A stretch of DNA of 64,000 nucleotides from Fibrobacteria bacterium (GTDB lineage: Bacteria > Fibrobacterota > Fibrobacteria > UBA11236 > JADFYW01). Every line of letters starts with the position of its first letter. The stretch's first letter is position 1. The translations under genes were made by a program, and so were the position numbers. The notes beneath the pieces were generated by a model that was given only the letters and a program-made list of their open reading frames with translations, was not told the origin of the DNA and searched no databases. The stretch spans positions 1 to 64,000 of the forward strand of contig JBNKOC010000023.1 in assembly GCA_050294405.1 (NCBI GenBank), read 5' to 3'. Below, piece by piece: positions 1-10,144 of this stretch.

Positions 1-1047
1 TTTAATTCCTTGCCAAAAAAAGATGAAAATAAATTCATTAAATTGAATTTTAATACATTCTGGGTCAACTGGATGTTTTTATTCCAAATTTTATATAAGA
101 AAGAATTTAACATTTCCCTCTTATTTCAAAAGCAAGATTATAAACCTACTTTAACGGTAATCGAAAGGAAAGTTAGGGGTTTCAACGCTCCCAACAACCT
201 TAAAATTACGGCACTCATTCCCAGCCTGAATAGAGAGTCCTACATATTTTCTATCTTATCACAATTGTCAACTCAAACAATCCGTCCCTCTGAAGTATAT
301 ATTATAGACCAATCCGATGTTCCTTATGACTTTAACAAGTCTCGATTTCCCTTTATTATTAACCATATAATCTCAGACAAATGTGGTCAAAGCAGCGCTC
401 GAAACAAGGCATTGGAAAGTATTAATACTTCCTATTTACTGCTGCTTGATGACGATATTGATATTCACCCTGATTTTATTGAGCAGCATTTAAAATGCTT
501 GGGATTTTTTAACGCAGATTATACTATCGGGCCAATTTTCGAAAATAAAAAACAATTTGATACACCACCACGCCCCAATTATCGAATGGCAGACCTATTT
601 CCTGGCGGTAATTCTCTGATTAAAATTTCCAAAAGTAAGCCTCTGCCTAGATTTGATGTTGAATTCAATTATGGACCTAGAGCTGATTTTGATTTTGGAG
701 TCCAGCTGTATCAATTAGGTTACATTGGAATATTTAATCCTAATTCACCGGTTTTCCATTATAGGGCCCCAGAAGGAGGGTTACGACACTATAATGCTCG
801 ACGAATAACATTGGAATCCAGTAAAAAGAAACTATTCGAATTTAACATACCTCACCGCACTGAACTTTACTTAATCAATAAATATGGTAGTTCTATTGAA
901 GCCTATTCCTTTTTATTCATAAAACTATTTGGAATTTTCCGGTCTGATGGGAACTTGGTTTTTAAAGCTCTAAAACTATCAATTGGAGTATTCCTTTTGC
1001 CTATCTTTATTTGGCGTTTAAGCAAAAATTTCAACAAAAGCCGATGA
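1..1047 (+). CDS. Glycosyltransferase family 2 (5'-truncated by the window edge)
   Basis: Frame is open from base 1. GT-A motifs ALIPSLNR, IIDQS, SSARNKAL and LLLDDDI (DxD). Confidence 0.85.
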   Translation, partial: FNSLPKKDENKFIKLNFNTFWVNWMFLFQILYKKEFNISLLFQKQDYKPTLTVIERKVRGFNAPNNLKITALIPSLNRESYIFSILSQLSTQTIRPSEVYIIDQSDVPYDFNKSRFPFIINHIISDKCGQSSARNKALESINTSYLLLLDDDIDIHPDFIEQHLKCLGFFNADYTIGPIFENKKQFDTPPRPNYRMADLFPGGNSLIKISKSKPLPRFDVEFNYGPRADFDFGVQLYQLGYIGIFNPNSPVFHYRAPEGGLRHYNARRITLESSKKKLFEFNIPHRTELYLINKYGSSIEAYSFLFIKLFGIFRSDGNLVFKALKLSIGVFLLPIFIWRLSKNFNKSR

Positions 1048-2444
1048 ATATATTATCTGTACTTGGGGCAAAACTCAATCCAAGCTTTGTCTTATTGAAT
1101 AAGTTTAGACTAGGATTTTTATTGTTAAACGCCTTGTTTGGAATCTTTTTCTCAAAGGGATTAAACCCGCTAAAGTATTATTGTTATGGATTAATAGTAA
1201 TTGGTACTTTTAAAATAATCAACACTAGAAATAGGGCTGGCATAGCTCACAATATTACAGCCTATGTAATTGGACTTGAGGTATTTTTACGGGCAATAGG
1301 CACAAATATTCCTTGGCAATATAGCAAATACTGTCTAATAGGTTTCTTATTGTTAGGATACTATTTTGAAAAACGTAAAAATATGATTAATCAGTACTAC
1401 TTATTTTATCTTATTTTACTTTTTCCATCTATTTTCGTTATAAATTCAAATGACATAAGTTGGCCTACACATCAGATTGTTTTAGCCGCATTGTCTGGGC
1501 CGGCAACCTTATTTGCGTCTTCAATATATTTTAATAAAAAGCAGTTAAGTTTTGAAGAATTTCAAATCATGGTTTTTTATCTTTTTTGCGGTCTAACTCC
1601 GTGCTTGTTATTGTTGTCAAAAAACCTTGTAAGCTTACAGTCAATTGAATTTACTGAATCATCAAATTTTGCTACCAGCGCTGGCTTTGGTCCAAATCAA
1701 ATTTCGACCACATTAGGGGTTGGAATACTATTTATGTATATAATTAATGTTTTTGAGTTTAAAATTTTTTGGAGAAAATATATCGATATTTTTATTTGGA
1801 TTCTTTTTATTATTCTTGGAATATTAACATTTTCAAGAGGTGGGGTATTTTCTGCTATTATTAGCATTTTTTTTTCAATTATTTATTCTCAATTCAAGCA
1901 AAAAACCAAAAAATTGTTTGTCAGATCCTTTTTAATATCCAGTATAACCCTTTTTATCCTGAGTCAATCCATTGTTTATTTGAATGATTTTTCTCAAGGA
2001 ATGCTTTATGACAGATACTTTATCAATCAAAATGAGGATACAACAAAATATCTAACAGGGCGTGATGTTATTTTTTTTGCTGATTTAAATATGTTTTTAG
2101 ACAACATTCTTTTTGGGGTAGGCCCAGGAATGGGACTCGTAAAACGCGCTGATTACGGGCTAAGTGGGCAGGTGACAGCACATAACGAATTTACCCGCTT
2201 AGTGGCAGAACATGGTATATTTGGATTAATTGCACTTTGCATCATAACATTTTATCCCTTATATCATTTCAAAAAAATAAAATTCTTTGAAGTCAAACTT
2301 TTTTTTATATGCACTATTACTTATTCCATTTTCACAATGGGTCATTCTTCCATGAGATTAGCATTAGTCGGTTTTTTGTATGGAGTGTCTTTTATAAACA
2401 TTTACTTTATATTGCCTCAAACTAAAATTAAATCAAAATTTTGA
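1044..2444 (+). CDS. O-antigen ligase/polymerase (Wzy_C-like) membrane protein
   Basis: Many TM helices; LTFSRGG, LTGRDVIF, LFGVGPG and AHNEFTRLVAEHGIFG motifs. ATG at 1044 overlaps the upstream TGA (ATGA). Confidence 0.85.
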   Translation: MNILSVLGAKLNPSFVLLNKFRLGFLLLNALFGIFFSKGLNPLKYYCYGLIVIGTFKIINTRNRAGIAHNITAYVIGLEVFLRAIGTNIPWQYSKYCLIGFLLLGYYFEKRKNMINQYYLFYLILLFPSIFVINSNDISWPTHQIVLAALSGPATLFASSIYFNKKQLSFEEFQIMVFYLFCGLTPCLLLLSKNLVSLQSIEFTESSNFATSAGFGPNQISTTLGVGILFMYIINVFEFKIFWRKYIDIFIWILFIILGILTFSRGGVFSAIISIFFSIIYSQFKQKTKKLFVRSFLISSITLFILSQSIVYLNDFSQGMLYDRYFINQNEDTTKYLTGRDVIFFADLNMFLDNILFGVGPGMGLVKRADYGLSGQVTAHNEFTRLVAEHGIFGLIALCIITFYPLYHFKKIKFFEVKLFFICTITYSIFTMGHSSMRLALVGFLYGVSFINIYFILPQTKIKSKF

Positions 2445-3769
2445 AAGATTATCATTTAAAGTATTTATTGCCTCTTTCTGATATGGCTACTGGAAGATGT
2501 ATATATAATAAATATAAAGACTTGCAAAAATTGCAATATCTGAATCTAGAACAACTGCAACAACTACAAATAAAATCCCTCAATTCAGTTATAACATTCG
2601 CCAAAGAAAAAACCAATTACAATCAGAGAGCCTTGAAACAAATTGATAAAATTCAAAATTTTAATGATTTAGAAAAAATCCCCATTCTTACTAAATCCGT
2701 CTTAAATTCTCGCCCAATTGAAGATTTTCTATATGGAAGCCCAAATAATTATATAAAAGAGGGAACAAGCGGTTCTTCCGGGATACAAGGCTTTTTCTTT
2801 TTTGATAAGGCAGCTCAAAGCTACACCTATGCTGCCGAACTTCTATTTTTTAGTTGGGCAGGATTCAGTTTAGGGAATCCTCACCTCCAAACAGGAATGA
2901 CTATAAAAAGAGGGATTGTAAAAAAAACAAAAGACTTTCTATTTAATTGCAATTACCAACCAGCTTTTAATTTAACTTCCGAGAAATTGATTAATATAAT
3001 ATCCATTATAAAAATTAAAAAACTCCGGCATATTATTGGCTATGCTTCTTCTATATATCATATTGCTAAAATTAGTTTGGAGAAAGGATACTCTTTAAAT
3101 TTGAAGTCCGTAATTAGCCTTGGCGACAATCTATATCCTCACTATCGAAGCACCATTGAAGAAGCTTTTAATTGTAAGGTATTTGATACTTATGGATGTT
3201 GTGAAGGTTTTATGATTGGAGGACAATGTGAAGAGGGAAATTACCATGTTCCCATGCCATTAAATATTTTGGAAATTGTAGACGAGGATGGAAAGCAATT
3301 ACCTGATGGGGAGATGGGACGAGTTGTTTTAACCAGACTAGATAAAAACCCTATGCCATTAATAAGGTATGATCTTGGAGATTTAGCTATCAAATCTAAA
3401 CTCAACAAGTGCCCGTGTGGCAGAGGTTATGAAATAATCGAAAAAATAATAGGACGAAATACAGATATTGTTATAACCCCTAATGGTCACAAGCTAATTG
3501 TTCATTATTTTACACGAATTTTCGAAAATGTTCCGGAAATCAAACAATTCGAAGTGTATCAAGAAATAAAAAGCAAAATCATTATCAACTTCATTCCCAG
3601 TCAAGATTTCAAACCAAATATTCTAGATAATATTAAAAGCCAAATTTTAAAAGATTGCAATAATGATTTAGAAGTTCAATTCCAGGAAGTGTCTACAATA
3701 AAACCAAGTCCTTCTGGAAAATCAAGATTAATCATCTCAAAATTAAACTCTAATCCTAATGTTTATTAA
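2441..3769 (+). CDS. Phenylacetate-CoA ligase-like / CapK-like adenylate-forming protein
   Basis: TSGSSG P-loop, DTYGCCE, MPLIRYDLGD, CPCGRG, IIGRNTD, PSGKSR; located inside a polysaccharide locus. Confidence 0.85.
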   Translation: MKDYHLKYLLPLSDMATGRCIYNKYKDLQKLQYLNLEQLQQLQIKSLNSVITFAKEKTNYNQRALKQIDKIQNFNDLEKIPILTKSVLNSRPIEDFLYGSPNNYIKEGTSGSSGIQGFFFFDKAAQSYTYAAELLFFSWAGFSLGNPHLQTGMTIKRGIVKKTKDFLFNCNYQPAFNLTSEKLINIISIIKIKKLRHIIGYASSIYHIAKISLEKGYSLNLKSVISLGDNLYPHYRSTIEEAFNCKVFDTYGCCEGFMIGGQCEEGNYHVPMPLNILEIVDEDGKQLPDGEMGRVVLTRLDKNPMPLIRYDLGDLAIKSKLNKCPCGRGYEIIEKIIGRNTDIVITPNGHKLIVHYFTRIFENVPEIKQFEVYQEIKSKIIINFIPSQDFKPNILDNIKSQILKDCNNDLEVQFQEVSTIKPSPSGKSRLIISKLNSNPNVY

Positions 3770-4940
3770 ACGTTTCCTTATATTATTTCTTGGGCTAATA
3801 ATTTTTTGGGTTTTCCACAAAACAATTGGAATTGTAATTGGCACAAAACCTAACAACATATACAATGATTTTGAGCCATTGGCCAGAGCCCTATTAAATG
3901 GCGAATTTATCGGAACAAGATACCCTCCTTTCCATGTTATCTGGACTGCATTTAGAATAAAAATTTCTGAATGGACTGGCCTTAGCTATTTTAATATAAG
4001 CGTATTATTATATTACCCAATATTCATACTTAGTTATTTGCAACTCAAAAAATTTTCAGGCAATTTTGACTTCAAAGGGAAATCTGTGTTAATTTATTCA
4101 AGCTTATTTTTAGCATACCCACTTTATTTCCTTTCATTGCATTTGGATTTATCGTTAATATGGTACAGCTTGTTCCTAATTATATTCGCAAATTGTTCTA
4201 CTAAAATTTTTGAAGCCCCACTTTTATCAACCAAATCCAATATATATGTTTTAAAATCTGGTTTTTTTCTTGGATTGGCATCTTTAATAAGACCCAATCC
4301 ATTGGCACTACCTTTATTTTTAGCGATCGTATTAGGAATTTTACTTTTCTTTAAAAAAAGAATTTTTTTCTTAAACTACAAAAAAACACTTCTATATGTT
4401 TGTGTTTTGTTTTCTATTACATATGCCGCAACCATTTCACCATGGAGCATCTATTCCAGCCTAAAAGCGGAAAAAACCAACATTCTTAGTCAAGGTTTTC
4501 TTCCCAGTCATAGAGATGGCCTCAGACGTTTTCCACCATATTTATCGAAAGAGTTTGTTAACACTAATATTAAAGACTTATCAAGCGCCCTTTCTTTTCA
4601 TACGGAAATGTTTTTAACTAAACCTGCTTTTTATATAAAGGTATGGGCTCTAAAAACTGTACAGTGCTGGTACGCTTCGGATTCTGGAAAATGGGATCTA
4701 ATTTTCGGAGCAATAAATTTGGTTTATATAGTTTTGTTTTTTATAGGAATCAAAAACCATACACTGGATTTTAAAGATTTTTTTGTAATTTCCTTAATTG
4801 TTTACCATTGGCTTTTGTCAATTATCGTGTTATCCATTGCAAGATACCAAACTCCAATATTTCCGTTTATTTCAATTTATTCAGCTATTGGGTTGTTAAA
4901 AATAACGGGCAAAATCAAAGGTAAATACATACATGGTTGA
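3759..4940 (+). CDS. Polytopic membrane protein, GT-C/ArnT-like glycosyltransferase candidate
   Basis: About 10 hydrophobic segments; RYPPF, LGLASLIRP, PWSIYS and ARYQTP resemble GT39/ArnT-like proteins. Confidence 0.6.
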   Translation: MFIKRFLILFLGLIIFWVFHKTIGIVIGTKPNNIYNDFEPLARALLNGEFIGTRYPPFHVIWTAFRIKISEWTGLSYFNISVLLYYPIFILSYLQLKKFSGNFDFKGKSVLIYSSLFLAYPLYFLSLHLDLSLIWYSLFLIIFANCSTKIFEAPLLSTKSNIYVLKSGFFLGLASLIRPNPLALPLFLAIVLGILLFFKKRIFFLNYKKTLLYVCVLFSITYAATISPWSIYSSLKAEKTNILSQGFLPSHRDGLRRFPPYLSKEFVNTNIKDLSSALSFHTEMFLTKPAFYIKVWALKTVQCWYASDSGKWDLIFGAINLVYIVLFFIGIKNHTLDFKDFFVISLIVYHWLLSIIVLSIARYQTPIFPFISIYSAIGLLKITGKIKGKYIHG

Positions 4941-5913
4941 GACTTCTATCTTAATTCCTTTAAGAAATGAAGAAATGCATATTGAGACTTGTTTAAATTC
5001 TATTTTACGCACAAGCTACTCACTAGACAAATTGGAAATAATAATTATTGATGGTTTGAGCACTGATAACACCATTGAAAAAATCAAAAAATTTAATTGG
5101 AGAACAACCAAGTATTCCATACTTTCAAACTCAAATAAAACAGTGCCTTTTGCCCTTAATATGGGAATTAAGAAGGCTGCGGGTAAATTTATCATTCGGA
5201 TGGACTGCCATACAATTTATGACAAAAATTACATACCCAATTGTGTCAGGCTTCTAAAAGCGGGAAAGGGGCATAATGTCGGTGGGCCTATGCGGGTTCG
5301 CAGGGACAATCCAATTTTCGAAGCAATTGCAATTGCCACCTCTTCTAAATTTGGCATAGGAAATTCAAACTTTCATTTTGAAGATTTTGAAGGCGAAGTG
5401 GAATCTGTTTATTTAGGAGCGTTTAACCGTGAAGTGTTTGATAGGGTTGGATTATTCGATGAAAGTTTAACGCGCAATCAAGATGATGAGTTTAATCTTA
5501 GAATTATAAAAAATGGGTTAAAAATTTTTCAATCCCCTGACATAAAATCTCTTTACACTCCAAGGGCAAGTTTAATCAAGTTGTTTTCCCAATATTATCA
5601 ATACGGATTTTGGAAACCCAGGGTAATAAAAAAACACAAAGGAATTTCTTCTTATAGACACTTAGTCCCTTCCCTTTTTTGCATCATCGTCTATTTGAAC
5701 ATGATTTTATTTATATTCAAACTTTCTCTATTCACCCTATATCTTCCTATTATTTTGTATTTAATAGGCAACGTATACTTTAGTCTTAATTCCAAAAGAA
5801 TCTTTAAATCTACCGTTCTTCTCTTACCTTTAGTTTATTCCACATTACATTTATCCTATGGTCATGGATTTTTATTGGGCCTCTATTATAACTTCCTTAA
5901 AACAAATGATTAA
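4933..5913 (+). CDS. Glycosyltransferase family 2 (ExoA-like)
   Basis: ILIPLRNEE, IIDGLSTD, IRMDCH, RNQDDEFNLR, QYYQYGFWK; C-terminal TM helices. Confidence 0.9.
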   Translation: MVETSILIPLRNEEMHIETCLNSILRTSYSLDKLEIIIIDGLSTDNTIEKIKKFNWRTTKYSILSNSNKTVPFALNMGIKKAAGKFIIRMDCHTIYDKNYIPNCVRLLKAGKGHNVGGPMRVRRDNPIFEAIAIATSSKFGIGNSNFHFEDFEGEVESVYLGAFNREVFDRVGLFDESLTRNQDDEFNLRIIKNGLKIFQSPDIKSLYTPRASLIKLFSQYYQYGFWKPRVIKKHKGISSYRHLVPSLFCIIVYLNMILFIFKLSLFTLYLPIILYLIGNVYFSLNSKRIFKSTVLLLPLVYSTLHLSYGHGFLLGLYYNFLKTND

Positions 5914-8350
5914 AAGAATATTTGATATTTTCACATCTGCGGTTGGTATTGTCGTACTCTCACCAATAATGTTAATCATTTCATTGGCAATTTTAATCTT
6001 AGATGGAACACCAATTTTTTTTACACAAACACGAATTGGAAAAAATTCCAAACCTTTTCGTATTTTTAAGTTCAAGACAATGAAACCCGCGGGTAAAAAC
6101 CAAACCCTTGTGACACAAAAAAATGATAACCGAATCACAGCTGTTGGAAAAATTTTGAGATTAGCCAAACTTGATGAACTTCCTCAATTATTTAATGTTT
6201 TCCTAGGCTCCATGTCCATTGTAGGCCCAAGACCAGAAATTCCTGAACTGGTTGAATGCTATACCAAGGAACAAAGAAAACTACTAAAAGTCAAACCAGG
6301 AATTACCAGTCCAGCAACGATTTACCATAGGGATGAAGAAGAGATTGTGGGAAGTTCGGAAGAGATACTAGAATACCATAAAAATGTGTTAATCCCAAAA
6401 AAAGCCTCTTTCGACCTAGCATATATCGAAAACCACAATTTTATTTATGACTTAAAAATAATTTTTCTAACCCTCTTATCAGTTCTCACCAATCAAAGTG
6501 GATACATGAGGGAAAAAACCTTAAAACAAAGACGAGTCATAATATTTCTAGTTCATATATTTTTGTCATTTGGCGCATATTATCTTTCCTATTTATTTCG
6601 ATTCGATGGGGAAGTCCCCTCTACTGAATTCCAACGCTTCTTAAAAACTTCCAGTCTTGTAGTCATGATAGAAACTATATATTTGTCCGTATTCGAACTT
6701 ACCCAGGGATATTGGAGGTATGTTGATTTTCGGGACGTAATAAATATTGGCAAAGCCACCTTTTGTTCCACAGTTTCCATGTTTTTGGTTGAATTATTGT
6801 TTTTAGATTCCTCTTTTCCAAGCGGAACTTTAATTATTGATGGGGTCTTATCCTTTATACTTTTCACATCCTTAAGGTTTTCTACCAGGTTTTTAAGAGA
6901 AATCTACTCTCCAATCACACCCAAAAGCAGGGAACGAGTGTTGATTTTAGGAGCAAGTGATAGAGGAGAAGCTTTAGTTAGAGACATAATCCGTAATCCA
7001 GATTTAGGCTATGAAATTGCAGGTTTTATTGATATAGATTTAAACAAAAGAGGTATAAAAATTCACGGCCTCCCAATTCTTGGCGGAATGGAGTCCTTAG
7101 AAGATGTTTTAAATTCACAACCAATAACATCTGTAATAAACACATACCCAACATTGGACAGAGACAACACTGCTATTTTATCGAAGATGTCCAGTGCATA
7201 TAAATTTAGCATTAAAACTTTGCCCACAATATCCGATGTACTTTCCCGAAACATCAATTTTAACAAACTAAGAGATTTAAGGTATGAAGATTTATTAGGT
7301 AGGGAGGAAATCTCACTAGATAGGAAACTCCTGCATTTTTCTTATAAAGATAAAGTTATTTTGATTACAGGGGCAGGTGGGTCCATAGGCTCAGAATTAT
7401 GTAGGCAAATTGCAAATTATTCTCCTAAACAGCTCGTTTTATTAGATAAAGATGAAACTCTTTTATTTGAAATAACAACGGAGTTAAATGAATATAAACC
7501 TTTGCTAAAAACCCAACCCTTAATTGGGGATATTCGAAATCGCGACAAAATGGATTTGTATTTTAAAAAATATTGCCCTGAAATTGTCCTTCATGCCGCT
7601 GCTTACAAACATGTACCGCTTTTAGAGAAACACCCCCAAGAGGCTATTTTAAACAATGTAATTGGAACAAAAACTTTGTTAGACTTAAGCCTTGAACACA
7701 ATGTGAAAAAGTTCGTCATGATATCTACAGATAAGGCTGTCCGTCCAACCAGTGTTATGGGAGCATCAAAGGCTCTTTCAGAAAAGATGATGTTTGATCA
7801 TTACAACAACAAAAACAACATGAATTGTATGGCGGTTAGATTTGGAAATGTACTTGGAAGCCGCGGAAGCGTGATCCCTATATTCAAAAGGCAAATAGAA
7901 AATGGCGGGCCCATAAAAATAACTCATCCTAAAATCACAAGGTATTTTATGTCTATACCTGAAGCCACACAATTGGTTTTACAGGCGGGCGCAATGGGAA
8001 GAGGTGGCGAAATTTTTATTTTAAAAATGGGTCAACCAGTAAAAATAAAAGACCTAGCAACCAGAATGATAGAACACGCTGGGTTTATCCCTGATATTGA
8101 TATAAAAATAGAATATTCGGGCCTTAGGAATGGGGAAAAATTATACGAAGAACTACTAACTGATTTAGAAAACACTCAATCCACAGAACATGAAAAAATT
8201 TATGTTATTCATTATGGTTCAAAAGAACCGGTGAATTTAAACAATATTAACCAAGTTCAAAATAAAATATATGAAAAAAGTAATCAGGAAATACGGAATT
8301 TTTTATCCACCTACATCGAAGATTACAAGGCTAATTTACCCTCAGACTAG
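5906..8350 (+). CDS. Fusion: undecaprenyl-phosphate sugar (phosphoglycosyl) transferase plus CapD/PglF/WbpM-type nucleotide-sugar 4,6-dehydratase
   Basis: N-terminus KRIFDI, KFKTM, KLDELPQLFNV, MSIVGPRPE, KPGIT (Bac_transf). C-terminus ITGAGGSIGSEL, HAAAYKHVP, ISTDKAVRPTSVMGASK, VRFGNVLGSRGSV, GLRNGEKLYEEL. Start placed at ATG 5906. Confidence 0.9.
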   Translation: MIKRIFDIFTSAVGIVVLSPIMLIISLAILILDGTPIFFTQTRIGKNSKPFRIFKFKTMKPAGKNQTLVTQKNDNRITAVGKILRLAKLDELPQLFNVFLGSMSIVGPRPEIPELVECYTKEQRKLLKVKPGITSPATIYHRDEEEIVGSSEEILEYHKNVLIPKKASFDLAYIENHNFIYDLKIIFLTLLSVLTNQSGYMREKTLKQRRVIIFLVHIFLSFGAYYLSYLFRFDGEVPSTEFQRFLKTSSLVVMIETIYLSVFELTQGYWRYVDFRDVINIGKATFCSTVSMFLVELLFLDSSFPSGTLIIDGVLSFILFTSLRFSTRFLREIYSPITPKSRERVLILGASDRGEALVRDIIRNPDLGYEIAGFIDIDLNKRGIKIHGLPILGGMESLEDVLNSQPITSVINTYPTLDRDNTAILSKMSSAYKFSIKTLPTISDVLSRNINFNKLRDLRYEDLLGREEISLDRKLLHFSYKDKVILITGAGGSIGSELCRQIANYSPKQLVLLDKDETLLFEITTELNEYKPLLKTQPLIGDIRNRDKMDLYFKKYCPEIVLHAAAYKHVPLLEKHPQEAILNNVIGTKTLLDLSLEHNVKKFVMISTDKAVRPTSVMGASKALSEKMMFDHYNNKNNMNCMAVRFGNVLGSRGSVIPIFKRQIENGGPIKITHPKITRYFMSIPEATQLVLQAGAMGRGGEIFILKMGQPVKIKDLATRMIEHAGFIPDIDIKIEYSGLRNGEKLYEELLTDLENTQSTEHEKIYVIHYGSKEPVNLNNINQVQNKIYEKSNQEIRNFLSTYIEDYKANLPSD

Positions 8351-8373
8351 ATTAAGTTAACCTCAGGAAAAAT

Positions 8374-9078
8374 ATGTTAATATCTATTGTTATACCCGTT
8401 TACAATGAAGAATCTACTATCCGGGATATTGTTGAAAAAGTTCTGTCTGTGAAAATTGCGAATCATAATATGGAGTTGGTGGTGGTAGATGATGGTTCCC
8501 GTGACAACTCTGCAAACATAATTAAGGAATTAGACAAAGAATTTGAAAATGTAAATGGTTTTTTTCAAAATCCTAACCAAGGAAAAGGAGCCGCCCTACA
8601 AAGAGGATTTAAAGAAGCCAAAGGCGATATTATTATAATCCAGGATGCCGATTTAGAATATAATCCAGAAGAATACCCCAACCTTTTGCAACCTATTTTT
8701 GAAGGACGCGCCGATGTGGTTTATGGTTCCAGATTTATTACCGAAAAGTCCCACCGGGTACTTTATTTTTGGCATTCAGTGGGAAACTGGTTTTTAACTT
8801 TACTATCCAACATGTTAACAGATTTAAATTTAACAGATATGGAAACATGCTATAAAGTTTTCAAAGCAGATATAATCAAAAAAATTCAAATAAAAGAAAA
8901 TAGATTCGGTTTTGAACCTGAAATCACTGCTAAAATCGCGAAAATCAGGCCTAGACTTCACATTTACGAGGTTGGAATATCCTATTTCGGAAGAACCTAT
9001 GAAGAAGGTAAAAAAATTGGTTGGAAAGATGGATTACGGGCATTTTGGTGTATTTTAAAATACCGGTTTCTGGATTAG
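8374..9078 (+). CDS. Glycosyltransferase family 2 (polyprenol-phosphate glycosyltransferase/DPM1-like)
   Basis: [49 protein letters not shown]. Confidence 0.9.
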   Translation: MLISIVIPVYNEESTIRDIVEKVLSVKIANHNMELVVVDDGSRDNSANIIKELDKEFENVNGFFQNPNQGKGAALQRGFKEAKGDIIIIQDADLEYNPEEYPNLLQPIFEGRADVVYGSRFITEKSHRVLYFWHSVGNWFLTLLSNMLTDLNLTDMETCYKVFKADIIKKIQIKENRFGFEPEITAKIAKIRPRLHIYEVGISYFGRTYEEGKKIGWKDGLRAFWCILKYRFLD

Positions 9079-10144
9079 CCCAACCTAGCTGTACGGGCAT
9101 TAATATAGCATAAACTTGGATCATTTATTATGGGATAAAGAGGTGATTCTTCTATTGGAAGGACTGGGGAAATAATTTCACAAGCGCCGCTGTCTTTATG
9201 ACATATCACATCACAACCATTTTGAAGTGCCTCCACTATGACTCTGCCAAAAGGTTCTGGGGTTAAAGTACAATGGAGCAATAGAAAGCTTTCTCGAAAT
9301 AGGACATCTATGTTTTTAACATCACCTTTCCACTCCAGCACATTTTCCAATTCAAGTTTTTTACTTGTTTCTAACAGTTTTTGCTTGTATAGAAAATGCT
9401 CCCGCGAACTGTATATAACATCTCCAGCAATCACAAACCGAAAACCGCTATTTTTTTTCGAAATTTTTTTGCAATAGTTTAAATATTCCAACTGTCCTTT
9501 ATAAGGGGCAAAATAGGCTGCATGTAAAATTTGCAGTCTTTTTTTTTCGGCCAAAAGCCCGGTATCATCGGGCTTTTTTTTATATACAGCCGGATAACAC
9601 ACTAATGGAGAGTAATAGGCTTTTCCCACCACAAAAGAATTCACAACAATGGGAATACCACAATCCTTTGCAACAGCCCTGATAAAAGACATCAAAATAT
9701 ATGGAGAAATAAAGTCTCTAATGTTAATTATAGTGTCCTGGTTAAAAACTGTTTTTTGTGCAATCCCAATAATATGGCTTTTAATACCACAGCAAAATAG
9801 AACCCATCCCTGGGGGATTTGCCTTTTAAGATCATTAACATAAATCAAAATTTGAAAAACCATAAAAGGGAATAAGGCTAAAATCCCAAATAAGGAACTG
9901 TTTTTTGAGCGAGTAATTCCGCCAAAAAGTTTTGGCCAGCGAATTACTGCAAATTTAATATTTTTAGATTGAAGGTAATCGCTTACGGGGCCGTTTTCAG
10001 GCAGGATAAAAAAAAACATTTTTTATCCATCAATTCCACTTCTTCAAGAATAGATCTTTCTGCGCCTCCAAAATTTCCATTGGAAAAATGTATTACATAT
10101 TTTACCCCTGGAGTAAATAACATTTCGATTTTTTTGGCTGGCAT
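9075..10144 (-). pseudogene. Glycosyltransferase family 4, split by a frameshift at a T9 homopolymer
   Basis: ATG at 10144 directly follows the upstream stop and reads MPAKKIEMLFTPGVKYVIHFSNGNFGGAERS (GT4 N-terminal motif), then stops at 9983-9985. The body (PEPFGRVIVEAL) is in another frame. The shift lies at the A9 run 10008-10016 on the + strand. Confidence 0.75.
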
